Origin: a bacterium
Lineage (GTDB): Bacteria; CSSED10-310
Assembly (NCBI GenBank): GCA_049652745.1
Contig: JBASEY010000042.1
Location: 6,153 to 70,152 of the forward strand
Direction of reading: 5' to 3'
Length of the DNA: 64,000 nucleotides
Below the pieces are notes generated by a model that was not told the DNA's origin, searched no databases, and was given only the letters and a program-made list of their open reading frames with translations. A program made the translations under genes and the position numbers. Below, piece by piece: positions 1 through 10,031 of the stretch (position 1 is its first letter; each line of letters begins with the position of its first letter).

Positions 1-35
1 ATGGATGCTCTGATTTCGAGGAATATATCCGAGCC

Positions 36-431
36 ATGCAAACGGTAACCCGTAAAACCTGTGTTCTTCTTTTGAGAGCGCCATCGCCGGTCGGGTTGAT
101 GGCGGATATATCTCGGACGATTCTTGGAACGCCATATGACAGCCCCAATTTTCAAATCGCCTATAACGCTCTTTTGCAAATGGGAATTTTCGCTGATGTG
201 GTTGTAGAAAACGACGGACTCTGGAAGCCCTGGAGATATTACACTTTGAGTGAAGCCGTCAATGATATTAAAGAGAAAATGGGGGTGATGGACCTCTGCC
301 GATATGATGACTATTTAATGGATTTGTTGGAAACACATTTACAGAAAACCGAACAAGGACTCATGTGGCCGGAGATTGTACGAACTGTTTTGGTGCACTG
401 GAATGTGGACAAATCGGAAGATCAGGTGTGA
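36..431 (+). CDS. hypothetical protein (131 aa); true start may be an internal Met near 99
   Basis: Intact ORF followed by a GGAGG-led downstream gene. No recognisable motifs. Confidence 0.35.
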   Translation: MQTVTRKTCVLLLRAPSPVGLMADISRTILGTPYDSPNFQIAYNALLQMGIFADVVVENDGLWKPWRYYTLSEAVNDIKEKMGVMDLCRYDDYLMDLLETHLQKTEQGLMWPEIVRTVLVHWNVDKSEDQV

Positions 432-550
432 CCCCTGCCGTTAAGAACAGAGAGATGGAGGATTGCCTGCGGGATCCCGTCGAGAAAGTATTTTTTTTCT
501 GAAACGTTTGGCCTGTTTCGGGTGTCATAAGAATACAGGAGGGCTCGAAG

Positions 551-1486
551 ATGAAAGCCAAACCTGCTATCGTTTCATTATTAGCCATCATAGTCTCATT
601 TAACTTTATATCAGGAGTTCAAGCCGTGAAATACAATAATTTAACGCCAGATGAAGAACGGGTTATTTTGCATAAAGGAACAGAGAGGCCGTTTACCGGT
701 GAATACTGGAATCACAAGGCTGAGGGGACATATATATGCCGGAATTGTAACACGCCATTGTATCGATCCGTCGATAAGTTCGATTCCGGATGTGGTTGGC
801 CGAGTTTCGACGATGAACTGCCCGGAGCCGTCAAGCGGCTGCCTGATGCCGACGGCCGTAGAACAGAGATTCTGTGTGCGACCTGCGGCGGGCATTTAGG
901 TCATGTTTTCAAAGGGGAGAAAATGACGGCGAAGAATACGCGTCACTGTGTGAATTCGCTGTCCATTCGCTTTGTTCCCGAAGGTGAACTTTTGCCGGAA
1001 CCGAAAGTCGGTCGAGCGATATTTGCCGGCGGTTGTTTCTGGGGGGTCGAATATTTCATGAAACAAAATCCCGGCGTTATTCGTGTGACCTCGGGATATA
1101 CAGGCGGCCATACTGAGAGACCGACATATAAAGAGGTTTGTTCCAAAAACACCGGCCATGCCGAAGCGGTGGAAGTTGTTTTTGATCCGGAAAAAACCGA
1201 TTTCGAAGCGTTGGCCAAACTGTTTTTTGAAACGCATGATCCTACTCAAGTCAATCGACAAGGGCCGGATATCGGCACTCAATACCGATCGGAAATATTT
1301 TATTTGAATGCGGAACAGAAACGCATTGCTGAAAAACTGATCAGTGAATTGACCGATCGAGGGTTCGATATTGCAACGAAAGTGACCGAAGCCGGAATTT
1401 TCTGGCCGGCTGAGGATTACCATCAAAATTACTACGAAAACAAAGGATCGAAGCCGTATTGCCATGCCTATGTCAAACGCTTTTAG
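551..1486 (+). CDS. msrAB: secreted bifunctional peptide-methionine sulfoxide reductase (MsrB-MsrA fusion)
   Basis: N-terminal signal peptide. SelR/MsrB zinc motifs (CRNC...CATCGGHLGHVF and GCGWPSF), then the MsrA GCFWG active-site motif. RBS AGGAGGG upstream. Confidence 0.9.
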   Translation: MKAKPAIVSLLAIIVSFNFISGVQAVKYNNLTPDEERVILHKGTERPFTGEYWNHKAEGTYICRNCNTPLYRSVDKFDSGCGWPSFDDELPGAVKRLPDADGRRTEILCATCGGHLGHVFKGEKMTAKNTRHCVNSLSIRFVPEGELLPEPKVGRAIFAGGCFWGVEYFMKQNPGVIRVTSGYTGGHTERPTYKEVCSKNTGHAEAVEVVFDPEKTDFEALAKLFFETHDPTQVNRQGPDIGTQYRSEIFYLNAEQKRIAEKLISELTDRGFDIATKVTEAGIFWPAEDYHQNYYENKGSKPYCHAYVKRF

Positions 1487-1601
1487 TCGAAATTTCGGAT
1501 GAATAGCGGCAATTTGCCGTAGCTTCGAAACGGGAAAAAGCTCCAATCTTTTCGAAAAAAAGCCAACAGTCGTCTTCTTGTGTAAGTAAAATGCGCGATA
1601 A

Positions 1602-2915
1602 TCAGGCGGTGCCGGAAACCGACACGGCATCGATCAAAATTTCAGGGCTGAAGGCGATAGGGTTATAGGCGATATCTTTTGTCATTCCTATGATTTTAAA
1701 GAAATCTTCATAGATATTGCCGGCGATCATGGTATCCATCGCTCGTCCCTGGATTTTTCCATCTTTGACATAGAAGCCGATACCGACATTCATCGAATAA
1801 TGGCCTTGCAGGATATTACCGGAGTGAAAGCCGATGACATCGTTGACGACAATGCCTTCCGGCATCATCGCGACCAGTTCGTCAAATGTTTTATTCCCTG
1901 GGCTCATAAACAGGTTGTTGAACCTGGGATTCGGCGCCACCTCGATTCCCCGTGTCCACATGGATCGTTTTATGCCGTTTCCAGTGGAGGCGCTTCCGTC
2001 TTTAGCGCCATTGGCCAGGTCAAAGATAAAATTTTTGAACACGCCGTTTTCGACGATAGGTTTTTTACGGGTAGGAACGCCTTCATCATCGAAAGGAGTG
2101 CTGCCGGGAGCCCAATCTGCTGTCGGGTCGTCGATCAAGGTCACTTCGGGGCCGAATATCCGCTTGCCTAATTTGTCTGCAAGCGGTGTCACGCCTCGAA
2201 CTTTCTGTGCTCCGTTGGCGCCTTCCATGATGCGATACAAAATGCTCCAGGTTGAAGATGAACGAAATAAAACCGGCATTTTGCGGGTGGAAACCCGGAT
2301 TTCTCTTTCCGATAAGCGGTTCTCGGTGATCAGTTCATCGATAATGTGAGTGGGAAACCGGAAATAACGGCATTGAGTCATCTCCTTATTGATACCTTCT
2401 TTGGATCGTTGGTACATCGAGAGCAGGCTGACGGTATACATGGTTTTTCGGTATGATTCAGTTTTTCCGGACGTATTCATCAAAGTGACATCGACGATTT
2501 CGTTGTCGAAATATAGATTCAGCGGGAGTTCCGGGTGATATTTTCCAACGTAATCATAGATGTCGCGCCCGTCGGCAACCATCCGTGCGGGTGTCAGGGA
2601 TTCCAATTCCGGATCACAAATTGCACCCCCGCAGCCCTTGCTGGATTCACCAGGAAATTGGAAGGGAGCCTCAGCGCCGAATTCGGCTGCGCGCAGAGCG
2701 GCTTCGACCATCCAGCTCGGTTCTTCGGTGGATGAGCCCTTCACGGTGCCGATGCGTCCATTCTTGATCACTCGAAGCGACACTTCATCGAGGTTTCGGG
2801 TGATGATATCCGCCTGACGCCAATTATAAAAATTCACCGGCGACGAAGTTTTTCTAATGTGATACACCTCAGCCTGATCGGCTTTTTCAGCAGCCAGTTT
2901 CAACAGCTTTTCCAT
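1602..2915 (-). CDS. pmbA: PmbA/TldE-family metalloprotease subunit
   Basis: TldD/PmbA-family architecture with no HExxxH motif. Lies immediately downstream of the HExxxH-bearing paralogue, overlapping it by 1 nt. Confidence 0.75.
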   Translation of the reverse strand: MEKLLKLAAEKADQAEVYHIRKTSSPVNFYNWRQADIITRNLDEVSLRVIKNGRIGTVKGSSTEEPSWMVEAALRAAEFGAEAPFQFPGESSKGCGGAICDPELESLTPARMVADGRDIYDYVGKYHPELPLNLYFDNEIVDVTLMNTSGKTESYRKTMYTVSLLSMYQRSKEGINKEMTQCRYFRFPTHIIDELITENRLSEREIRVSTRKMPVLFRSSSTWSILYRIMEGANGAQKVRGVTPLADKLGKRIFGPEVTLIDDPTADWAPGSTPFDDEGVPTRKKPIVENGVFKNFIFDLANGAKDGSASTGNGIKRSMWTRGIEVAPNPRFNNLFMSPGNKTFDELVAMMPEGIVVNDVIGFHSGNILQGHYSMNVGIGFYVKDGKIQGRAMDTMIAGNIYEDFFKIIGMTKDIAYNPIAFSPEILIDAVSVSGTA

Positions 2916-4303
2916 TATTCGCCTCCTATTATCACATTTTTAACCAGGACACTCGGACCACCGGTACCGCTTTTTTCCAGCATCTGCATGTCGAACAAGC
3001 CGGCTCTTGTCTTGCCGCATCCGCCGCCTTCATTCATTTTGAAGTCGTTCCCAACGCGAGCGATATTACCGAGAGTTTCGAAAACATTTCCGGATATATT
3101 GATGTCTTTGACCATTTTGCCGAGTTTGCCGTTTTTGATTTCGTAGCCGTATTGTGCGCCGAAGGTGAAAAGATCGCCCATGGTCTGGCCACCTTTTCCG
3201 CCGCATAAATACAAGCCGTTGTCGGCTTCGTTCAAAAGCTGCTCAAAAGGTGTTTCACCCTGTTCAATAAAGATGTTGGACATTCTGACCTGTGGCATGA
3301 ACCTATAGTCGACCGCACGACTGTTTCCCGTCAGCTCCCCGTCCAATTGTGCCGCAGAAAGTCTCGAATGCAGTCGCCCGGCCAGCAGACCGTCTTTGAC
3401 CAGGTAGGTTTTGGATGAACGGACTCCTTGTTCATCATAGCTATATGTGCCGCTTGCGCCCGGCCAACTGCCGTCATCGACGATATTCAAATGCGGTTCT
3501 CCCATTCGCCTGCCTATGACCAACATCTCTTGAAGGGACTTGTTATTGATAGTGTCGTCGGCTTCCGACAGGTGACCGAAGGCTTCATGGGTAAACACAC
3601 CTGACAGATCCTGGTCGGCGACGATCGTGTAAACTCCCGGTTTGACCGGCTCTGCTTTCAACAGGTCTACAGCAAGTTTTGCCCTGTGTTCCACATCTGC
3701 ATGCCTGTTCAGCAGCATCGCGTAATCGGCATCGAACCCCAAGGCGATACCCAGGCTGTCCGTGGCGCTTTCGTTTTTCGCGACGATTCGGAACGACATG
3801 AAACATTGAACGATATCTTGATCGATAGCGGTGCCTTCCGAGTTGACGAAGGTTTCATGTGTAAAGTTTTCATAATAGGTTCCGAATGTCGTGAACACGC
3901 CAGGTATATCCAGGATAAGTCGAAGGTAATCTCGTGCCAAAGCCACTTTGTCGTCGAAAGAGATTGTCCGCGGATCGAGTTTCATCACAGGAATGACGAC
4001 ATCTTCTACAACAGGGGCCGGCATAAGGCGGTTTGTCGAGTCAAAATCCGATAGGTGTAAAGCGCTGCGGGTCGCCAATTTGACTGCTTCCGCCAATTTT
4101 TCCGGCCGCGTAAACGCTGACGCTGCATAACCTCCATTTTTGAGAGCAGTGATACGTCCTCCTTTGATCACCGTGTTTGACACGCCGTTTATATCAAGTT
4201 TGTTGAACGTGATCGTCAGTTGGCGTGTGTCTTCATACTTGGCATCGATGTAATCGGCATCGGCGCCTTTGATCCCATTTTTTAAGACATGTTTCATTCT
4301 CAA
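2915..4303 (-). CDS. tldD: TldD-family zinc metalloprotease
   Basis: HEAFGHLSEADD (HExxxH) motif and a C-terminal GGGCGK motif characteristic of TldD. Confidence 0.85.
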   Translation of the reverse strand: MRMKHVLKNGIKGADADYIDAKYEDTRQLTITFNKLDINGVSNTVIKGGRITALKNGGYAASAFTRPEKLAEAVKLATRSALHLSDFDSTNRLMPAPVVEDVVIPVMKLDPRTISFDDKVALARDYLRLILDIPGVFTTFGTYYENFTHETFVNSEGTAIDQDIVQCFMSFRIVAKNESATDSLGIALGFDADYAMLLNRHADVEHRAKLAVDLLKAEPVKPGVYTIVADQDLSGVFTHEAFGHLSEADDTINNKSLQEMLVIGRRMGEPHLNIVDDGSWPGASGTYSYDEQGVRSSKTYLVKDGLLAGRLHSRLSAAQLDGELTGNSRAVDYRFMPQVRMSNIFIEQGETPFEQLLNEADNGLYLCGGKGGQTMGDLFTFGAQYGYEIKNGKLGKMVKDINISGNVFETLGNIARVGNDFKMNEGGGCGKTRAGLFDMQMLEKSGTGGPSVLVKNVIIGGE

Positions 4304-4605
4304 AACCCTCCAATCGTACCGTTTCAGCCTATATCAGACATTTTTCACCGATGCCATATTTTTTTCCTAAAAATCATTCGAAACGCTCCGCTTGTTTCTG
4401 GGCTTCTAAGCTGCGCTTTCCGCTTTGCTTGAATACGTATAAGCCTTATCCGGCGGAAAAACGCTGTTTCAGCCACTTTTCATGCATCTTTTCCAGCATG
4501 GCGGCCATTCTTTTAGATAGGATTTTTTTGTCTCTTTCACTTCGTCTTTTCCTTCGATAAAATACTTGGCGTCTTAAGAGTGTTTTTCGTATAAAGGGAT
4601 TTGCC

Positions 4606-5337
4606 ATGAAAAATTATCTGTTAATAGGTGCGTTTTGGGTTTTTGGGCTTCTTTTGGGAGGTGTTTGGTATCAATCGGAGTTGTCCATGGCAAATGCGGA
4701 AATTGCTCGATTGAATCGCGAACTCGCCTTAAAGACAAAACGCAATCTGATCCCGGATATGACGCGTATGATGGTTATGCCTGAGACGCGATCACACAAA
4801 TCTCTTCCATCATCTGAAGCAACGGAGGTCAAGCAGTCCGGCCCGTTCAAAGTATCGATCAAGCCTTCCGGATCAGGGTCATCTGCCGCTCTCGATCAGG
4901 AAGAATTCGCGGAAAAAGTCTCCGAGATGTTCGAAGATGCAAAGTCAGCGGACGAAGCATTTTCAGCGCTGTCGGATTTGTGGAATACCAGGCGTGAGCT
5001 GGCATTGGCATCGATGGTGGATAATTTGAGCCTGACGTCGGATGAAATAGTCAAGTTTGAGTCGGTAGTATCCGACATGAATGATTTACTTGCCGATGCA
5101 ATGAGTGATCTGTTCGATCGTTATGAGTTGACTGATGAGGAACCGTCTGTCGAAGAAGCTTTCCGGGTGGTAAATGATTTATCGGGTGTTTTTGTAGGAG
5201 CCTATGATTCCCTGGACACTGTTTTGCCGGGTAGATGGCGAGGTCAATTAGGCAGCCCTTTGGATTTGACGGCTTTCATCGACCCGATGATTTTCAAACC
5301 ATTTTTAGATCCTGAGCGGGATTGGTATTCCGAATGA
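4606..5337 (+). CDS. membrane-anchored acidic coiled-coil protein, first gene of an ABC-2 exporter operon
   Basis: N-terminal TM helix, then a predicted coiled coil and a very acidic C-terminal region. Overlaps the next gene by 16 nt. Confidence 0.5.
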   Translation: MKNYLLIGAFWVFGLLLGGVWYQSELSMANAEIARLNRELALKTKRNLIPDMTRMMVMPETRSHKSLPSSEATEVKQSGPFKVSIKPSGSGSSAALDQEEFAEKVSEMFEDAKSADEAFSALSDLWNTRRELALASMVDNLSLTSDEIVKFESVVSDMNDLLADAMSDLFDRYELTDEEPSVEEAFRVVNDLSGVFVGAYDSLDTVLPGRWRGQLGSPLDLTAFIDPMIFKPFLDPERDWYSE

Positions 5338-6239
5338 GCCGAGAATTGACGGACATTTTTCAGGTGGCTGGACACGATTTTCGGGACTCGATCCGAAGTC
5401 GTCGTCTTGTTGTCTGGGTATTGCTTTATCTGAGTGTTGCATGTGCCGGCACGTTCATTTTTTCCCGTGTTCTTCGAGAAATCGAGACACAGATATCAAA
5501 AGCCATAGCGGTGGATGCGTCGAAAACGACCGGCCAGGTTACGGTGACACTGCAAAAAAGCGAAGCTATACAAAAAACTGTCAGGGAGTTGATCAGTGAT
5601 GAAAGACTGGTGAATCAAATTCTCACGCTTCACCCGCTGGTTATTTTCTTTGCATGGTTTACGTTCACATTTATGCCTTTACTGGTCATCATCATCTGCT
5701 CGGATGCGATTGCGCGGGACATCAATACCCGCCACGTGCGATTCTTTTTATTTCGCACATCGCGATCGGCTTATGCAGTCGGCAAAGGTGTGAGTTCGGC
5801 GTTTCTTCTCCTGATAGCCTTGAGTTGTTCAGCGATAGCGACTTATGTAACCGGCGCTTTGGATGGGCAGGTGATTCTGGATCTCGGATCGGCGTTTCAT
5901 ATGCTGTTGTTCTTACTCAAGTCATGGTTTTTGATGCTGTCATATTTGGGTATTGCCCTGATGGCTTCTCAATTGCGTCGCTCGCCACTACAGGCGCAAT
6001 CTCTGGCGTTAATGATATTCTTCATTCTTGCGATTTTGCACCCTATCGCTTCAGTTAAAACCGGTCCGGGTTTCGCACGTTTATGGAGTGTGGCCACTAT
6101 TCTTTCGCCTTCATCGACCATTTATGATCTTTGGCATCCTGCATTGGCGAATAATTTGAAGTCTATTACCAGGTGTCTGGGACTCGGATTTATATATTTT
6201 TTTCTCGGTTTTTTATATTTTTCCAAGAGAGATGTCTGA
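5322..6239 (+). CDS. ABC-2 family transporter permease
   Basis: About 6 predicted TM helices. Its stop overlaps the start of the ATPase gene (TGATG). Confidence 0.6.
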   Translation: MVFRMSRELTDIFQVAGHDFRDSIRSRRLVVWVLLYLSVACAGTFIFSRVLREIETQISKAIAVDASKTTGQVTVTLQKSEAIQKTVRELISDERLVNQILTLHPLVIFFAWFTFTFMPLLVIIICSDAIARDINTRHVRFFLFRTSRSAYAVGKGVSSAFLLLIALSCSAIATYVTGALDGQVILDLGSAFHMLLFLLKSWFLMLSYLGIALMASQLRRSPLQAQSLALMIFFILAILHPIASVKTGPGFARLWSVATILSPSSTIYDLWHPALANNLKSITRCLGLGFIYFFLGFLYFSKRDV

Positions 6240-7177
6240 TGCACCCCTCAAGACCGGCTCTAGAGATTAAAAACCTGAAAAAATATTACGGTAAATATGC
6301 TGCGTTGTCGGATTTGAATCTGGTTGTTCCAGTGGGTTCCATCATGGGGTTGGTCGGGCCGAACGGGGCGGGAAAAACGACGGCTTTCGCTATCGTTTCC
6401 GGGCTTCTCAAAGCGGATGGCGGATCGATAGATGTGTTGGGAAATGGCACATTTAACCCTGTGCTGCACAAAGGCGTTTTGACACTGCTGCCCCAAGATG
6501 CGCAGTTACCAGGCCATAGTCGTGTCAGGGAAACTCTGGTGTTTTTCGGTTTGCTTCAGGGATTGACAAAAAAAGAGGCAGTGTTTTCCGCTGATCGAGC
6601 TTTGGAGTGGGTTGAACTGGCTGATCGAGCGGATGCGCTGGTTTCAACGCTTTCTCATGGCATGGTACGACGGCTTACTGTTGCTCAGGCCTTTATAGGC
6701 AACCCCGCACTGGTTCTTCTGGATGAGCCGACCAGCGGCCTGGATCCCCACCAAATTGTGCGTATAAGAGAATTGATCTCTTCATTTCGAGGTCATCGAA
6801 CGATAGTGATCAGTTCTCACGTTCTATCGGAAATCGAAGCGGCATGTGATCACATCGCTTTTATCGATAACGGGTGTACAACACGGCAGGACAAACTGGA
6901 CGATGTCGTCGGCAAACAGCGGCAATTGACCTTTATTTTAACTAAAAGCATCGATCATGTACCTGTCGATATTATACGGGCCTGTCCTGAATCTACATTT
7001 ACATTGGATTTAGATGGTCGGCGTCTGATCGCCAGCTTCACAGATGCCGTTTCACCTGCTATGATCAACAGGAAATTGTTGCCGGTTCTGCTGCAGGAAG
7101 GAATCGATATCGATGAAGTTAGGCGTGGAAGCAATCTTGAAACAATTTACCTTGAAAATAAGATAAAACAGCGATAA
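6239..7177 (+). CDS. ABC transporter ATP-binding protein with a C-terminal extension
   Basis: Walker A GPNGAGKTT, signature LSHGMVRRL, Walker B LLLDEPTSGLD. I moved the start to the ATG at 6239, downstream of the track's 6173. Confidence 0.85.
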   Translation: MHPSRPALEIKNLKKYYGKYAALSDLNLVVPVGSIMGLVGPNGAGKTTAFAIVSGLLKADGGSIDVLGNGTFNPVLHKGVLTLLPQDAQLPGHSRVRETLVFFGLLQGLTKKEAVFSADRALEWVELADRADALVSTLSHGMVRRLTVAQAFIGNPALVLLDEPTSGLDPHQIVRIRELISSFRGHRTIVISSHVLSEIEAACDHIAFIDNGCTTRQDKLDDVVGKQRQLTFILTKSIDHVPVDIIRACPESTFTLDLDGRRLIASFTDAVSPAMINRKLLPVLLQEGIDIDEVRRGSNLETIYLENKIKQR

Positions 7178-7203
7178 ACCCGGATCGGGCGTGAGCAAAT
7201 ATC

Positions 7204-8229
7204 ATGTGCATTAAAAAGAACATGCCTTCTTGTTTGAAAGCGACTGCTTTGTTTCAATTAGTGATCAAAGTTGCCCTGTGCCCATTGATCATAAGTATCT
7301 TAACCGGTTGTGTTCACTTAGAAAACGGAGTTAACGCCACATGTGCAGGTTTGATAGACTTGTCCCAAGGTCTGGATGGATTTTTCGGCGACCCGAAAGA
7401 AGATGACGCTTATCATGAAACGCGTTGGAAAATAGGTGGCGGAGCTCGTGTGAACAAGGACAATGAGTATGAATTTGTCGGCAGAAACAATCTGAAAATA
7501 GCGCTTCCCGGTACCAAAGAATCGTGGGGAATTTTAATCGGCGGATCAACGGAAAAAGAACCTTTATCTGTTGATACCTATGGGGGCGCAAGTCAACCGG
7601 ATTTGATTTTATCCAGCCCGTCTTCCCCTGTTCAACCTGACAAATCTTCAACAGAATCGGAGTCTTTTTTGCGGCTCTATGTCAAGGAAAGACCGTTTTT
7701 GGATTGGGATTTCGATGTCGGTGCCAAGTATAACGAGGATTGGAAAATGTTTGCTCGGCTTCGAGCTAAACGTATCGGGACGATAGGTACAAATAGTTAT
7801 TATGTCGCTCAGGAAGTTTTTTGGAGAAACACCGGTGAGGAATTCGGGCTCAAAACGGTTTTTGAACTGGACCAGCCCATAGGGCCTTGTGCGGTTTTAC
7901 GCGAATTCATCAGTTTTTATCACCATCATAAAAGTGTTGGAGTGGATATCTATACGGGGCTGAAACTTCGCACATGGGCGGGAAGAAAAATGGGTGTCGG
8001 AATAGAACTGATCAATTTTCTGACAACTGATCCATGGGAATATCGATATACGGACTTTCTCTGCCGTATCAGGCGCACGATCGGCAGAGAATGGTTCGAG
8101 ATTGAACTCACACCGAAAATGCGGATGCGTAAGCTCAGCGATGAATGGAAACAGGAATTATCGGCAGAATTGGTGTTGGCTCTGATTTTTGATGCAGAAC
8201 ATGTGATCAGACAAAACAATCATAACTAA
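7204..8229 (+). CDS. lipoprotein, possibly an outer-membrane component of the ABC-2 system
   Basis: Lipobox ILTGC. Alternating hydrophobic pattern in the C-terminal half. Confidence 0.5.
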   Translation: MCIKKNMPSCLKATALFQLVIKVALCPLIISILTGCVHLENGVNATCAGLIDLSQGLDGFFGDPKEDDAYHETRWKIGGGARVNKDNEYEFVGRNNLKIALPGTKESWGILIGGSTEKEPLSVDTYGGASQPDLILSSPSSPVQPDKSSTESESFLRLYVKERPFLDWDFDVGAKYNEDWKMFARLRAKRIGTIGTNSYYVAQEVFWRNTGEEFGLKTVFELDQPIGPCAVLREFISFYHHHKSVGVDIYTGLKLRTWAGRKMGVGIELINFLTTDPWEYRYTDFLCRIRRTIGREWFEIELTPKMRMRKLSDEWKQELSAELVLALIFDAEHVIRQNNHN

Positions 8230-9998
8230 AACAGCTCAAAACACGCTTTTTCAGAAGCGACGCCTTGAACATTCTGTTTCAATGGAATGACATACCAGCA
8301 GTACTTTCCAACTGAAAGCGTTTCAGCAATTCCTTTGACGATGACAACTTGAGTGGAACCGTATTTGGGGACCGATAAATTTTGACCATCGGGGAATTCA
8401 ATAACATACAAGTAACCATCAGCTCCCGGAACCGCGCTCCATTCAAGGTCTGGAAATCTTCCCCACCAAGCTGTGCCGTCAGCCGGAGAAATCAGGCGAG
8501 GACCGTAATTCGGCAAAGGCTTTTGCGCCAAATTTAATTGGTAATCGCTTTCAAGCTTTATCCCTATCCCGGTAACAACGGCGGAAATAACAAGTGTGCA
8601 AAGCAGCATAACCAAACGTATACGGCCGGAGATTTTTTGAAAAAACATCGGCATGCACAAGCTTGAAAAAAACAGGCTTGTTCCCACCAAGCTCCAAATC
8701 GTCCCCGGCGTCGGATTCAGCAATGACGGAACAGCATATCCCAAAAATGCCGGAAGAAAATGATTCCACAATCGATTGATGCCGTCTGTATGGACGATAG
8801 CCATTTCAGGAATGGTCAACAGAACACCTACTATTTGTAACAGTGACACGCACCATAAAAATAGAGAAAGGAGTATGATGGGTGTTGATCGAGGTCTATT
8901 GATTTCCAATGCTAGGAAAAGCCCTAGAAAAGGTAGCAAGGGGATGAGGTATCTTGCTGGAGGGCAGTGTCCGCTGTGCCAATCGATCCACGATCCGGAA
9001 AGCGTCCAGAATAAAATGACGATTCCCGCGGCGAAATTTAAATGTCGTGACCGGTTCCAACGGAATAGCAGTCCCCCCAATGCCGGTATAAAAATCGGCG
9101 CAAACACTATCAATCCAGCTTCGCGGTCAAATAAAAGCCCCAGCATACCAGTAAAAGGCTTGCCAAACCCTCCTGCTTTGACCCGAAGCACATAAAACAA
9201 CTCGTTAAACAGCGAATATTGCAATCCTATAAATAAGATAGCGCTGATAAGAAGAGGTGATAAAACAAGTAAGAGCTGTTTAAAGGTATAGTTACGGTTG
9301 AAGAGAAATATCAGTAAAACCGCCAGTGTGAAAAATGAGAATTTGATATGCATCCAGGGTAGGAGAGACAAAAAGAAACTGCCTGCGATAAAACGGGAAA
9401 GGCGCTGATCGAGTATCATCCATCGGAAAGCCAGCGGCAAAAAAAGTGCTGCTATAATATCGGGAAAGACCTTCCCGCTGCTCATGATAAATGGTAGGTT
9501 GAAAGCTGTTATGATGGTTGCCAGGGCGGCTTTCCAGGGTAAAACACCAAAATGCAAAGCTAGATAATAGACCTGTATTGCGGCAAAACTTGAAAGTAGC
9601 GTCAAAAACAAGATCACACCGTAACGCCCGCCAAGAAAAAACGGCAGCATAAGCAATATAGGCAAACCGGGTTCATGAGCGCTGACACTTCGTCCCGAAT
9701 CGCTATAAATCAAATGTGGGGTCACCTTGGTCACACCGAAAGCTTTCAGCTCAGTTGCTGAATAGTTGTTTTGAATATCGAGGTCTCCATCGTTCAACAA
9801 GCTGACCGTAATGACATAGTAATGGATTTCATCGCCGTGAAGGTTGCCCGGCAGTGTCGACAGATTGTGAAAGGCCATCGATACAGCAAAAACAACCGTT
9901 ATTATCACGAATGGAACGAACCGCTTCATTATGCCAATCATATCCGTTCCTTTCTTTGAATGCATGTATTTTTTTCTTATGAAGGTTTTTTGAAGCAA
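8226..9998 (-). CDS. GT-C fold membrane glycosyltransferase (PMT/ArnT-like) with a C-terminal extracytoplasmic domain
   Basis: More than 10 TM helices. First loop carries a DE motif (HGDEIHYY), as in GT39/GT83 enzymes. C-terminal roughly 110-aa soluble beta-rich domain. Confidence 0.5.
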   Translation of the reverse strand: MLQKTFIRKKYMHSKKGTDMIGIMKRFVPFVIITVVFAVSMAFHNLSTLPGNLHGDEIHYYVITVSLLNDGDLDIQNNYSATELKAFGVTKVTPHLIYSDSGRSVSAHEPGLPILLMLPFFLGGRYGVILFLTLLSSFAAIQVYYLALHFGVLPWKAALATIITAFNLPFIMSSGKVFPDIIAALFLPLAFRWMILDQRLSRFIAGSFFLSLLPWMHIKFSFFTLAVLLIFLFNRNYTFKQLLLVLSPLLISAILFIGLQYSLFNELFYVLRVKAGGFGKPFTGMLGLLFDREAGLIVFAPIFIPALGGLLFRWNRSRHLNFAAGIVILFWTLSGSWIDWHSGHCPPARYLIPLLPFLGLFLALEINRPRSTPIILLSLFLWCVSLLQIVGVLLTIPEMAIVHTDGINRLWNHFLPAFLGYAVPSLLNPTPGTIWSLVGTSLFFSSLCMPMFFQKISGRIRLVMLLCTLVISAVVTGIGIKLESDYQLNLAQKPLPNYGPRLISPADGTAWWGRFPDLEWSAVPGADGYLYVIEFPDGQNLSVPKYGSTQVVIVKGIAETLSVGKYCWYVIPLKQNVQGVASEKACFELF

Positions 9999-10031
9999 AA
10001 ATGTTTTGATCTTCTATCCTGTTCAGGCATA

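Noticed and set aside
1487-1601. Small palindromes (CGAAATTTCG, CGGCAATTTGCCG) between the convergent msrAB and pmbA genes
   Set aside because: Stems are too short or AT-rich, with minimal loops. Could be weak terminators, but not supportable.
896-1630. 244-aa antisense ORF overlapping msrAB, and many similar 60-170-aa ORFs in the track nested inside or antisense to strong CDSs (e.g. 1800-2349, 3585-4054, 13022-13896, 54820-55383)
   Set aside because: They lie entirely within well-supported genes on the other strand or in another frame. They have no motifs, low-complexity Arg/Ser/Pro-rich translations and no independent RBS. Most likely spurious.
9960-10031. Upstream extension of the GT2 ORF (MHVFFSYEGFLK...)
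   Set aside because: The extension overlaps the divergent GT-C gene start region and lacks an RBS. An internal Met just before the conserved GT2 N-terminus is the more plausible start.
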